Origin: Heteronotia binoei
Taxonomy: Eukaryota
Direction of reading: 5' to 3'
Assembly (NCBI RefSeq): GCF_032191835.1
Contig: NC_083230.1
Span: 130,758,001 to 130,822,000, forward strand
Length of the DNA stretch: 64,000 bases
The translations under genes and the position numbers were made by a program. Below, one piece after another: positions 1-10,506 of this stretch. Each line of letters opens with the position of its first letter. Within the stretch, counting starts at the first letter, position 1. The notes under the pieces are model-generated. The model made no database searches. It had not been told where the DNA came from and was given only the letters and a program-made list of their open reading frames with translations.

Positions 1-570
1 ATAAATTGATGGTGCAGTCTCATTTGGAATACTGTGTGCAATTCTGGTCACCGCACCTCAAAAAGGATATTATAGCATTGGAAAAAGTGTAGAAAAGAGC
101 AACTAGAATGATTAAAGGTTTGGAACACTTTCCCTATGAAGAAAGGTTAAAACGCTTGGGGCTCTTTAGCTTGGAGAAACGTCAACTGCAGGGTGACTAG
201 ATAGAGGTTTTCAAGATTATGCATGGGATGGAGAAGTTAGAGAAAGAAGTACTTTTCTCCCTTTCTCACAATACAAGAACTCGTGGGCATTCGATGAAAT
301 TGCTGAGCAGTCGGGTTAGAACGGATAAAAGGAGGCACTTCTTCACCCAAATGGTGATTAAAATGTGGGATTCACTGCCACAGGTGGTGGTAGCAGCTAC
401 AAGCATAGCCAGCTTCAAGAGGGGGATAGATAAAAATATGGAGCAGAGGTCCATCAGTGGCTATTAGCCACAGTGTGTATATATATGTGCGTATTTGGCC
501 ACTGTGTGACAGAGTGTTGGACTGGATGGGCCATTGGCCTGATCCAACATGGCTTCTCTTATGTTCTTAT
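1..570 (+). mobile_element. CR1 LINE 3' fragment (ORF2 C-terminus with stops, plus 3'UTR and tail)
   Basis: Translates to the CR1 C-terminus (HGMEKLEKEVLFSLSHNTRTRGHSMKL...WDSLPQEVV-like). Ends in the TGTTGGA...TCCAACA hairpin and CTTATGTTCTTAT tail. Confidence 0.92.
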
Positions 571-571
571 A

Positions 572-1476
572 CGTGAGGAATTATATTGTGAGGAATTATA
601 TTGTGAGGAACTCCAAAGGGATCTGTTGAGGCTGGGTGAGTGGGCGTCAACGTGCAGATGCGGTTCAATGTGGCCAAGTGCAAAGTAATGCACATTGGGG
701 CCAAGAATCCCAGCTACAAATACAAGCTGATGGGGTGTGAACTGGCAGAGACTGACCAAGAGAGAGATCTTGGGGTCGTGGTAGATAACTCACTGAAAAT
801 GTCAAGACAGTGTGCGTCTGCAATAAAAAAGGCCAACGCCATGCTGGGAATTATTAGGAAGGGAATTGAAAACAAATCAGCCAGTTTCATAATGCCCCTG
901 TATAAATCGATGGTGCGGTCTCATTTGGAGTACTGTGTGCAGTTCTGGTCACCGCACCTCAAAAAGGATATTATAGCATTGGAGAAAGTCCAGAGAAGGG
1001 CAACTAGAATGATTAAAGGGCTGGAGCACTTTCCCTATGAAGAAAGGTTGAAACGCTTGGGACTCTTTAGCTTGGAGAAACGTCGACTGCGGGGTGACAT
1101 GATAGAGGTTTACAAGATAATTCATGGGATGGAGAAAATAGAGAAAGAAGTACTTTTCTCCCTTTCTCACAATACAAGAACTCGTGGGCATTCGATGAAA
1201 TTGCTGAGCAGAAAGGTTAAAACGGATAAAAGGAAGTACTTCTTCACCCAAAGGGTGATTAACATGTGGAATTCACTGCCACAGGAGGTGGTGGCGGCCA
1301 CAAGTATAGCCAGCTTCAAGAGGGGTTTAGATAAAAATATGGAGCAGAGGTCCATCAGTGGCTATTAGCCACAGTGTATGTGTGTATATAAATTTTTTTG
1401 CCACTGTGTGACACAGAGTGTTGGACTTGATGGGCCGTTGGCCTGATCCAACATGGCTTCTCTTATGTTCTTATGT
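572..1476 (+). mobile_element. CR1 LINE, 5'-truncated, directly abutting the previous copy
   Basis: ORF 640-1368 (QMRFNVAKCKVMH, ERDLGV, HLEYCVQFWSPHLKKDI) is the CR1 RT C-terminal region, followed by the 3'UTR and TTATGTTCTTATGT tail. Confidence 0.95.
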
Positions 1477-2127
1477 CCTTGTTCTCCCCACCTTGGATCT
1501 CTCTGCTTCTTTTGAACAAAGTCTATGTCCAGTGGTAACTTGAAGACCAACAAAGTGTTATTCTGGGGATAAGCTTTTCTGTGCATATATACAATAAGTT
1601 ACTCCGGAATACAACTTTGTTGGTCTGAAAGGGGCCCCTGGACTCTGACTTTGTTCTGCTGCTTCAGACCTACCCAGCTTTCCACAACAAGCAGCTTCCT
1701 TTGAATTGGTTGATCCCTCCCCTCTTTGAGTCCTGAGATTTTTACGGGTTTCTCCTCAAATGATTCTCCTTTCTGTATTGGGTCATTCACTGTTTGAAAG
1801 GGGGACCAGCCCCCACCAGTGTTCCCTCTAAGCTGAGTCACCGTGAGCCAGCTCACAGATTTTTAGCCTCCTGCTCACATATTTTTGTCTTAGCTCAGGA
1901 AGGAGGACCCCATTGCATACTAATTGGTGCAGTTGCTCACAACTTTAATGCCAGGAGCTCACAAAGCAGCATTTTTGCTCACAAGACTCGGCAGCTTAGA
2001 GCGGCAGTCACCAACCCTTTTGGCATCAGGGACCGGTTTTGTGGAAGACAATTATTTTCTTGGGGGAGGGGGCATGACAGTTTCAGGATGATACAATTGC
2101 GTGCTGCATTTATGTTAATTTGCTGTA

Positions 2128-2700
2128 ATGGCTAAGTGTGTGGACTCTTCTCTGGGAAAACCGGGTTTGATTCCCCCCTCCTCCACTTGCAGCTGCTGGA
2201 ATGGCCTTGGGTCAGCCATAGCTCTCTTAACTGGGAGAACCGGGTTTGATTCCCCACTCCTCCACTTGCAGCTGCTAAAATGTCCTTGGGTCAGCCAGAG
2301 CTCTCTTATCTGGGAGAACTGGGTTTGATTCCCCCCTCCTCCACTTGCAGCTGCTGGAATGACCTTGGATCAGCCAGAGCTCTCTAATCTGGGAGAACTG
2401 GGTTGGATTCCCCCCTCCTCCACTTGCAGCTGCTGGAATGACCTTGGATCAGCCATAGCTCTCTTTTCTGGGAGAACCAGGTTTGATTCCCTACTCCTCC
2501 ACTTGCAGCTTCTGGAATGGCCATGGGTCAGCCATAGCAATCGTAGGAGTTGTCCTTGAAAGGACAGCTTCTGTCAGAGCTCTCTGAGCCCCACCCACCT
2601 CATAGGGTGTCTATTGTGGGGGAGGAAAGTAAAGGAAATTGTGACCGCTCTGAGATTCAGAGTGGAGGGCGGGTTTTAAAGCCAATGTTGTCTTCTTCTT
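2128..2700 (+). mobile_element. MIR/Ther1-derived tRNA SINE (Squam3-like) with about 5 tandemly reiterated head units
   Basis: Repeated GGGTTTGATTCCC B-box units of ~79 bp, then a CORE-like CTCTGAGCCCCACCCACCTCATAGGG body and a (TCT)n tail. Confidence 0.8.
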
Positions 2701-3115
2701 ACGTTGTAATATATAATGAAATAATTATACAACTCACAGCCCAGTTGCTTACAGGCCATGGACCAGGGGTTGTGGACCCCTGACTTAGAAGGAACATCGT
2801 CTCTTGCTTTGTTTGTTTGTGAGGTAATCCTAGGGATTCTGTCCCTTTCGAAGATATCCTTATACATGGCCCCTAGATGGATTTTGCAGATTATCTCTGC
2901 CTAACTGACTGGCACATCTTGCCCCACTCTTCCTCATAAGAGTTTAGAGTCAGTAACGCGTGTTCTCCTCTCCTTCATTTCATCCCCACTACAACCATGT
3001 TAGGTAGGTCAGGCTGAGAGAAGATGACTGGCCCATGTCTCCATATCTGGATGGAAGTGTACCGGATTCTACTCTGACCTCTGGCCACCCCACAGCCCTG
3101 CATAATCCTGTAAAG

Positions 3116-3251
3116 CAGGGGTGGCCCACGGTAGCTGTCCAGATGTTTTTGCCTACAACTCCCATCAGCCTCAGCCAGCATGGCCGATGGCTGGGGCTGA
3201 TGGGAGTTGTAGGCAAAAAAACATCTGGAGAGCTACCCTTGGCCACTCCTG
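3116..3251. mobile_element. Short hAT-type MITE
   Basis: CAGGGGTGGCC...GGCCACTCCTG terminal inverted repeats and an internal palindrome. No TSD recognised here; related copies at 36559 and 52220. Confidence 0.7.
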
Positions 3252-3254
3252 CTC

Positions 3255-3510
3255 TGTCACCCTGCAGTCAACGTTTCTCCAAGCTAAAGAGCCCCAAGTG
3301 CTTCAATCCTTCTTTGCAGTGAAATTGTTCCAATCCTTGAATCATTCTAGTTGCCCTTTTCTGCACTTTTTCCAGTGCTACAATATCTTTTTTGAGGTGT
3401 GGCGACCAGAATTGCACACAGTACTCCAAATGAGACCGCACCATCGATTTATGCAGGGCCGTTATGATACTGGCTGATTTATTTTCAATTCCCTTCCTAA
3501 TAATCCCCAA
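3255..3510 (-). mobile_element. CR1 LINE internal fragment
   Basis: ORF 3268-3510 (GIIRKGIENKSASII...HLEYCVQFWSPHLKKD). Confidence 0.9.
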
Positions 3511-3830
3511 TTTTTATTTAGAACGTCAGCTTTCATGTGCTCTTAAGCCCACTTCATCGGACGAGGAATCCAGCACAGTGAGCAAAGCCCTACAGAGCTG
3601 AGCAGAGCCATACAGAGCTGGTATGTATACACAGCCACTGTCTACCAGCTCTGTATGCCTCTGCTCAGCTCTGTAGGGCTTTGCTCACTGTGCTGGATTC
3701 CTCGTCTGATGAAGGGTGCTGAAGAGCACATGAAAGCTGACGTTCTAAATAAAAATGGGTTGGTCTTAATGGTGCCACTTGACTCCTGCTTTGTTCAACT
3801 GCTTCAGACCAACACGGCTGCCCGCTTGGA
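3511..3830. mobile_element. Penelope-like element terminus forming a ~245 bp palindrome with hammerhead-like motifs
   Basis: 3511-~3623 is the reverse complement of ~3643-3755. Each arm carries C(T/C)GATGA-stem-GAAAGCT. It continues into the TTGGTCTTAATGGTGCCACTTGACTCC sequence seen in other PLE ends here. Family assignment is from resemblance to reptile PLE termini. Confidence 0.7.
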
Positions 3831-3904
3831 CCTAATAATCCCCAATTTAGCGTTGGCCTTTTTAAATTGCAGTTCGACACTGCAATAAAAGTTGGCAAAG
3901 CATA

Positions 3905-4191
3905 GGCCGTTTTCCCACTCACGTTTTACTGGCACCACGACCATCCTGACGCCGGCGAATCTGCCTGGATTTCGCAACAGAAGCTCCGGCGCTCCCAGAA
4001 GCGCCGGCGCTTTCCGTCGCTAAGCCAGCGCAAACGTTTTCCTGCATCTTTGCGATTTCCGTTTGCGCTGGCTTAGCGACGGAAGTAGCCGGCGCTTCTG
4101 GGAGCGCCGGAGCTTCTGATGCGAAATCCAGGCAGATTCGCCGGCGTCAGGATGGTCGTGGCGCCAGTAAAACGTGAGTGGGAAAACGGCC
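3905..4191. mobile_element. Palindromic GC-rich MITE (PIF/Harbinger-type)
   Basis: ~130 bp inverted arms GGCCGTTTTCCCACTCACG...CGTGAGTGGGAAAACGGCC, flanked by ATA at 3902-3904 and 4192-4194. Confidence 0.85.
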
Positions 4192-4298
4192 ATAGTGAAT
4201 AAGTAATCATTGTATGTCCGCCCCCCCCCCCCGCCCCAGCTGGGGCAGATGAAATGGAAAGCAGAATGGCATTATTAGTAAATGATAATGTCATATTG

Positions 4299-4510
4299 AA
4301 CATATATGAAGCTGCCTTATACTGAATCAGAACTTTAGTCCATCAAAGTCAGTCTTGTCTACTCAGACTGGCAGCGGCTCTCCAGGGTCTGAAGCTGAGG
4401 TTTTTCACGCCTCTTTACCTGGACCCTTTTGAGTTGGAGATCCTGGGGATTGAACCTGGGACCTTCTGCTTACCAAGCAGATGCTCTACCACTGAGCCAC
4501 CATCCCTCCC
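4299..4510 (-). mobile_element. tRNA-derived SINE with CATATG-type tail
   Basis: The minus strand reads GGGAGGGATGGTGGCTCAGTGGTAGAGC (A box) ... GGTTCAATCCC (B box). The same family occurs at 8100, 27103, 29272, 37480-37820 and 53140-53345. Confidence 0.85.
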
Positions 4511-4816
4511 CAATATTGCTGTCATTTTGTTGAGGCACTACCTTGATTGCATTAATTTAAGCTGTCAAAGCAGCAAAAACACAAACTGCCGTCCTTTGCT
4601 CTTGGTATATCCTGTTATCTTAGGAAAAATGTATGTGGCCTCCATTCCACTCTACTGAACAGTTTCAAAATCTGAACAAACCGTAGTTCTGCAAGGCTCA
4701 CCTGGAGTGGCTGTTTTGGCAGCCAAGGGGCTGGAGAACGCAGCCCTTCTCCTGCCAGCATGTTGTCAGGGGGGTTGTCGGACACCTGGAAATAGCCTGG
4801 CCCCCCAAAGCTGCTC

Positions 4817-5203
4817 ACCTTTGCACATGGATGACAAGTGATGGTAGGTTTCCTCCTCCTCTTTCTCTGGGCTTTTGGTCCCTGCTCATCCTGTTTACCA
4901 GATGAGAGCAGTTTAGGCCAAAGCTTCCACGATGTTACTGCATGGTAGCCCCAAGATGTGGAACCTACCCTGGGTCTCCAAAGCCTCTCTCCTTAGCCAG
5001 CGTGAAGTCTCTGATGCCCTGGAGCAGACAGAGGTATACAAAACTGGTGCTGCTGGGAGAGCCAAATTCTATTCCTGGACGAGGGTCCTTTGGGGACGGT
5101 CCTGGATTAGAGGCCTTCAGGGAATGAAGTGCAGCGGCTGGAAGCTCAGGGGATTTGTCTGAGTCGTGTCTCACATCATCAGGGGAGAGAAATATAATTT
5201 ATA
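4817..5203 (-). promoter_or_regulatory. Putative OR promoter/5' non-coding exon, diverged copy (its gene would lie left of the window)
   Basis: TATAAAT at 5203-5197 and AAG|GTGAGC donor at 4818, homologous to the same motifs in four other units. Confidence 0.4.
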
Positions 5204-5411
5204 CCCAGAGGCACTTCCAGAACTTGTCAACCTGCTGTGGGCTGGACTAGTGATTTTGTCCTCAGCTTTCTCCCTCCAAGCTACTCCATGGCTTGAATTT
5301 CTTTTCTGTGCAGTTTGGCTGGTCCTAGTAAGAAGTAGGGTTGCCAATCTCCAGTTGGGTTGAAACACTCTTACAAAAAAGCTGCACATAAATACTTGCA
5401 GATGAATACTT

Positions 5412-5711
5412 AAAAAGGTGAAGGTCGTCCCCTGTGCAAGCACCAGTCGTTTCCGACTCTGGGGTGACGTTGCTTTCACAACGTTTTCACAGCCGACTTT
5501 TTACAGGGTGGTTTGCTATTGCCTTCCCCAGTCATCTACACTTTCCCCCCAGCAAGCTGGGGACTCCTTTGACCAACCTCAGAAGGAGGGAAGGCTGAGT
5601 CAACCTGGAGCCGGCTACCTGAACCAGCTTCTGCTGGGATCGAACTCAGGTCGTGAGCAGAGGGTTCCGACTGCAGTACTGCAGCTTTACCACTCTGCGC
5701 CACGGGGCTCT
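5412..5711 (-). mobile_element. Sauria SINE (Squam1)
   Basis: Minus-strand tRNA-like head AGAGCCCCGTGGCGCAGAGTGG...GAGTTCGATCCC, GGTTGACTCAGCCTTCC body and (ACCTT)n tail. Confidence 0.9.
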
Positions 5712-6179
5712 ACTTCTTATTTATTTCAAACAACTGCTTAGTACTACCTTCAAAGCAACAATTTCATAGTACAATCATTAAAAATACAATGCTCGTCGTG
5801 TAAAGATGCTTCTTAAAGAGACAGTCCCAATAATGTCCGCGTGTGCGTTCTCTAGGCTCAGCCGATGCGACTTTCTATCGGAAATGAAACTTCTCCATTG
5901 TGCAAATGGCTAGCTTCATTCAACGCACTTGAGGACTTCACCATACATCTAGGCAAATAATTGCAGCGACATGAATCCTAGGCTATTCCATGTTTCCATT
6001 ACTCTTCATCCTGGCTGCAATATGATTGGAACCCGTGCGTCACAATTATCATTGGCAATAGCTCCTTACTTTCATTCTAGCATGTGTCATTACAAGACTA
6101 AGGAGCGATTGCCAACGTAGCAGCAAAATCAGGCTGTTTAGTGGAAAAGGCCAAAGACAAGGAAAACAGGAAGAGTTTA

Positions 6180-6990
6180 TTAGGGTTTGTAGAATCTTTC
6201 GGGATCAAGTGCCGTGTTCTACTGGAGAAAGTTTTCCTTCCAGACGTTTTGTTCTCAGCTGCGGAGAACATCCTCAGTGGCGTTGCAGCCGGAGCAGGCG
6301 CTCAGACCTTCTTGGCTGCTGTGCATTGAGTGGGGCCAGGGCTGCTGGAGAGCTGCTATTTGTAGGCTGGAGGGGGTGTGATGAAAGGGCAATTGGTTTG
6401 TGGATGTGCCCATTGTTTGGTGGGGCTTCCTTGGGCTTCAGCAGCCAAGAAGGTCTGAGCACCTGCTCCGGCTGCAACGCCACTGAGGATGTTCTCCGTG
6501 AAAACCTGAAATCTTTGATAGCAAGAGTTTATTTTACATGCATGGTTTCCCAGTGTCTTGGATTATCTGGGAGCCCTGATCAAAACAAGGTTGCAGGTTT
6601 TATACTCCAATTACTGAATTACTGAATTACTCTGTTTTAATGTTTTTAACTGTTTAACTATTTAACTGTTTTATATTTGAAATTGTTTAATTTTAAGTTT
6701 GATTAATTGTTGGAAGCTGCCCTGAGCCATTCGTGGGAAGGGCGGGATATAAATCCCAAATAAATAAATAAATAAATAAGCTGAGAACGAAACGTCTGGA
6801 AGGAAAACTTTCTCCAGTAGAACACGGCACTTGATCCCAAAAGATTCTACAAACCCTAATGATGTTACCAGCCGTGAAAACCTGAAATCTTTGATAGCAA
6901 GAGTTTATTTTACATGCATGGTTTCCCAGCATCCTGGATTATCTGGGAGCCCTGATCAAAACAAGGTTGCAGGTTTTATACACCAAATAA
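6180..6990. mobile_element. Penelope-like element termini (second family): inverted and tandem pseudo-LTR pieces with hammerhead motif
   Basis: 6265-6322 is inverted at 6438-6497. 6498-6600 is repeated at ~6874-6977. The minus-strand motif CCA-CTGAGGA-T-GTTCTC...GAGAAC-(A/G)AAA-CGTC-TGG is present. Confidence 0.7.
6630..6779 (+). mobile_element. L2 LINE 3' tail nested in the PLE
   Basis: GCTGCCCTGAGCC...GGGCGGGATATAAAT followed by (TAAA)n; the same tail terminates the coding L2 fragments at 18715 and 39200. Confidence 0.7.
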
Positions 6991-7264
6991 TTGCTTGCAA
7001 GATCATTACAGTAAACGACCAACCCCTTTCCTGTACATCATCATAAGCGTCATAAGGGAAGCATACATGGTATTTTGACCACCAGCATCTTACTCAAAAT
7101 CTGCTATCATAAACATGCTTCTGCTGTTTTGCACTTTTAACTTGAGACTCTTGAGACGTCTTTCTAAACGCTTATGCCAGCAAAAGTAGTTGGTTCCAGT
7201 TCCTCTTTTCGCTAGCTGCTACTCAGCAAGCCAAGTTCCTCTTTTCCCCCCGGTTCACTCTTGG

Positions 7265-7842
7265 TTTTAAACAATTTTATTGATAACATATGGTAACAAA
7301 ATCTAATTATATCATTACTATCTCTAACCCATATGATATCTTCCAATCCCCCCTCCCTCCGTTACTAGACGCCCGCCGAGGTTATATACTTAAGTTCTGT
7401 TATAAAGGTACCCTTAACCAATCAAAGTTCAATATCTTTCTTTTCTCATATTCATATTAAAAAAATTGTCCAATGTCTTTTTACATTCCACTCTTTCTCT
7501 ACATGTCCTCTAAATTTGTTCCACTCCTTTTTAAACACATCCAAATCATAGTCTCTTAAAGTTCTTGTTAATTTGTCCATCTCACTCCACGATAAAACTT
7601 TCACAATCCAATCCCATTTCTCTGGTATTTTTTCTTGCTTCCACAACTGCGCATACAATGTCCTAGCAGCTGAGAGCAAATACCAAATTAGAGTTCTATC
7701 TTCTTTTGGAAATTTTTCCATTTGTAATCCCAGCAGAAAGGTCTTTGCAACTTTCTTAAAGTCGTATCCCAAAATTTTAGAAATTTCTTGTTGTATCATC
7801 TGCCAAAACTTTTTCGCTTTTTCACAAGTCCACCACATGTGA
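7265..7842 (-). mobile_element. L1 LINE 3' fragment
   Basis: ORF 7452-7838 (HMWWTCEKAKKFW...SAARTLYAQLWK) is the L1 ORF2 C-terminal Cys-rich region. AATAAA lies near 7281. Confidence 0.8.
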
Positions 7843-8099
7843 AATCCCCCAGTTCACTCTTCAATTCCTGGTTGGAAGTGGGGGCTACGCAGGGGAGAGG
7901 CCAACTTCCCTTTCCTTAGCAGCAAGGTTTTGCATATTTAATTATTGATTATCTCCCAAGCCCCCAGCCCTGCTATACCGATTATAATTGCATGGGATAG
8001 GCTTTGATTTGACAGCAACAATGAAAGAGACAAAGAGGATAAAGATAATCTTTGTCTCCCGTAACACTAGAAATTGGGAAGTAGATGGGAAGCAGATTC

Positions 8100-8306
8100 A
8101 CACGAAGCTGCCTTATACTATATCACATCATTGGTCCTTCAAAGTCAGTCTTGTCTACTCAGACTGGAAGCGACTCCCCAGGGTCTCCGGCAGAGAGGTC
8201 TTTCCCATCACCTCCTACCTGGTTTTTCCAACTAGAGCTGCCAGGGGTTGAACGTGGGACCTTCTGCATGCCAAGCAGATGCTCCACCATTGAGCCACAG
8301 CCCCTG
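8100..8306 (-). mobile_element. tRNA-derived SINE
   Basis: A and B boxes on the minus strand, with a GAAGCTGCCTTATAC tail. Confidence 0.75.
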
Positions 8307-8478
8307 AACCAAAGGAAATATTGGATGGAAAAAAAGGAAATATTCCTTTACTCAAGTGACTTCATTGTAGAAAATTGTTTTCTGCCCACCAATTTAGCCC
8401 TTGCTGGACCAAGAAGTGGTGGTGGGGGTGTGGTTGGGTGCCAAGAGAGAGCATGCCATGGGGGACTACCTGGTAAAA

Positions 8479-9337
8479 GAGCCAGTTTTGTGTAGTGGTT
8501 AAGTGTGCCGACTCTTATCTGGGAGAACTGGGTTTGATTCCCCACTCCTCCACCTGCAGCTGCTGGAATGGCCTTGAGTCAGTCAGAGCTCTCTTATCTG
8601 AGAGAACCGGGTTTGATTCCCCACTCCTCCACTTGCAGCTGCTGGAATGGCCTTGGGTCAGCCATAGCTCTTTTATCTGGGAGAACCGGGTTTGATTCCC
8701 CACTCCTCCACTTGCACGTGCTGGAATGGCCTTGGGTCAGCCAGAGCTCTCTTATCTGGGAGAACCGAGTTTGGTTCCCCACTCCTCCGCTTGCACCTGC
8801 TGGAATGGCCTTGGGTCAGTCAGAGCTCTCTTATCTGAGAGAACCGAGTTTGGTTCCCCACTCCTCCACTTGCACCTGCTGGAATGGCCTTGGATCAGCC
8901 ATAGCTCTCTTATCTGGGAGAACCGGGTTGGATTCCCCACTCCTCCACTTGCAGCTGCTGGAATGGCCTTGGGTCAGCCAGCGCTCTCTTATCTGGGAGA
9001 ACCGGGCTTGATTCCCCACTCCTCCACTTGCAGCTGCTGGAATGGCCTTGGGTCAGCCAGAGCTCTCTTATCTGGGAGAACCGAGTTTGGTTCCCCACTC
9101 CTCCGCTTGCACCTGCTGGAATGGCCTTGGGTCAGTCAGAGCTCTCTTATCTGAGAGAACCGAGTTTGGTTCCCCACTCCTCCACTTGCACCTGCTGGAA
9201 TGGCCTTGGATCAGCCATAGCTCTCTTATCTGGGAGAACCGGGTTGGATTCCCCACTCCTCCACTTGCAGCTGCTGGAATGGCCTTGGGTCAGCCAGCGC
9301 TCTCTTATCTGGGAGAACGGGGTTTGATTCCCCACTA
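8479..9337 (+). repeat. SINE-derived tandem array: 79-bp unit x ~10.5 with a 316-bp higher-order duplication
   Basis: Units start every 79 bp from ~8514 to 9304. ORFs 8752-8940 and 9068-9256 are identical, and 8831-9019 and 9147-9335 are nearly identical, at a 316-bp offset. Confidence 0.92.
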
Positions 9338-9475
9338 CTCATGTTCCATTACCCTGTTTCATTTGTTTTACTTCGCCGGTTGAACCTGTGTCTTTCTGAC
9401 TGTCTCAACGTGTCCACTACAGCAAAAACCAACCAACCAACCAACCGAGTCCATATTGTTCCACAGTTAGTAGCT

Positions 9476-10453
9476 CTAAAGGGAATCTCTGGTGCCGTAA
9501 TTCATCGTATCTTGATGTTTCAGCTTCCCCTGGCTTTCTAGAACCTTCCGGAAGGCCTCTCTCACGTCCTTGTTCCGGAGACTGTAGATGAGGGGGTTGA
9601 CCATAGGGGGGATTATACAGAACATGGTTGAGACCAGAGTGTCAATCTCTAAGGAATAACCAGCGCTTGGACGGTCATAGTTAACCAATGCATTTCCAAA
9701 ATAAATGATGACAACAGTGACATGAGAAGCACAGGTGGAAAAGGCTTTGCGCTTGGTGTTGGTGGAACGGATCTTCAAGATGGAGGACAGGATGAAGCCA
9801 TAGGAGAGAATGATGAAGAAGAAGGGTCCCCCACCCACAAAAAGGCTTGTGATATGGATGACAAGTTCATTGATGCGTGCATCGTTGCAAGCAATTTCCA
9901 TTAGTGGGGGCAGATCACAGTAGATGTGGTGAATCTGGTTGACTCCACAAAAGGACAATTTGGTGCTGAGCGCTGTATGGAGAGCGGAGTCTAGGGTGCC
10001 CCAGATCCAAGTGGCCAAGGCTAGGATGGTGCACACCTTGGGGCTCATGAGGCGGGAGTAATGCAAAGGCTTGCAGATGGCAGCATAGCGGTCATAGGCC
10101 ATGACAGCTAATATGGCAGCCTCAGCTCCTGAGAAAGAGAGTAAGAAGAACATCTGGGCCATGCATTGATGGTAGGTGATGGTTTCTTCCTGGCGCAAGA
10201 AGTTCACCAGGATCTTGGGGACCGTGACGGAGGAGATGCAGATATCTAGGAAGGAGAGATGGCTGAGGAAGTAATACATGGGGGTCCGGAGGCTGGAATC
10301 CAGCTGAATCAGAGTAAATATAATGAGGTTTCCCAGTACAGTGACCAAGTAAATGACTAGGAATGGCAGGAAGAGGTAGATGTGGCCATCTGGAATGCCA
10401 GAGAAACCCAGAAAGACAAACTCTACCACTCGTGTCTTGTTCTTCTCTCCCAT
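9476..10453 (-). CDS. Olfactory receptor (class II, OR5V1-like), 325 aa - OR1
   Basis: N-glycosylation site NKT; motifs GN, LRTPMYYFLSHLS, MAYDRYAAICKPLHY, KAFSTCASH and PMVNPLIYSLRNKDV. ATG at 10453 follows the splice acceptor TTACAG|GTGACT (AG at 10473-10472). Confidence 0.96.
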   Translation of the reverse strand: MGEKNKTRVVEFVFLGFSGIPDGHIYLFLPFLVIYLVTVLGNLIIFTLIQLDSSLRTPMYYFLSHLSFLDICISSVTVPKILVNFLRQEETITYHQCMAQMFFLLSFSGAEAAILAVMAYDRYAAICKPLHYSRLMSPKVCTILALATWIWGTLDSALHTALSTKLSFCGVNQIHHIYCDLPPLMEIACNDARINELVIHITSLFVGGGPFFFIILSYGFILSSILKIRSTNTKRKAFSTCASHVTVVIIYFGNALVNYDRPSAGYSLEIDTLVSTMFCIIPPMVNPLIYSLRNKDVREAFRKVLESQGKLKHQDTMNYGTRDSL

Positions 10454-10506
10454 TGAGAGTTCAGGAGTCACCTGTAAGAAGGAAAAAAGAACAACTGAGA
10501 GAAGAC

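Noticed and set aside
3116-3251. 8-bp TSD for this hAT MITE
   Set aside because: The flanks CTGTAAAG and CTCTGTCA do not match; the right flank abuts a CR1 fragment.
4299-4510. tRNA genes at GGTGGCTCAGTGGTAGAGC...GGTTCAATCCC motifs (many sites)
   Set aside because: They are SINE heads with non-tRNA bodies and tails and no complete cloverleaf acceptor stem.
8495-9383. Many overlapping repetitive ORFs (e.g. 147 aa and 142 aa)
   Set aside because: They are by-products of the 79-bp SINE tandem repeat being open in several frames.
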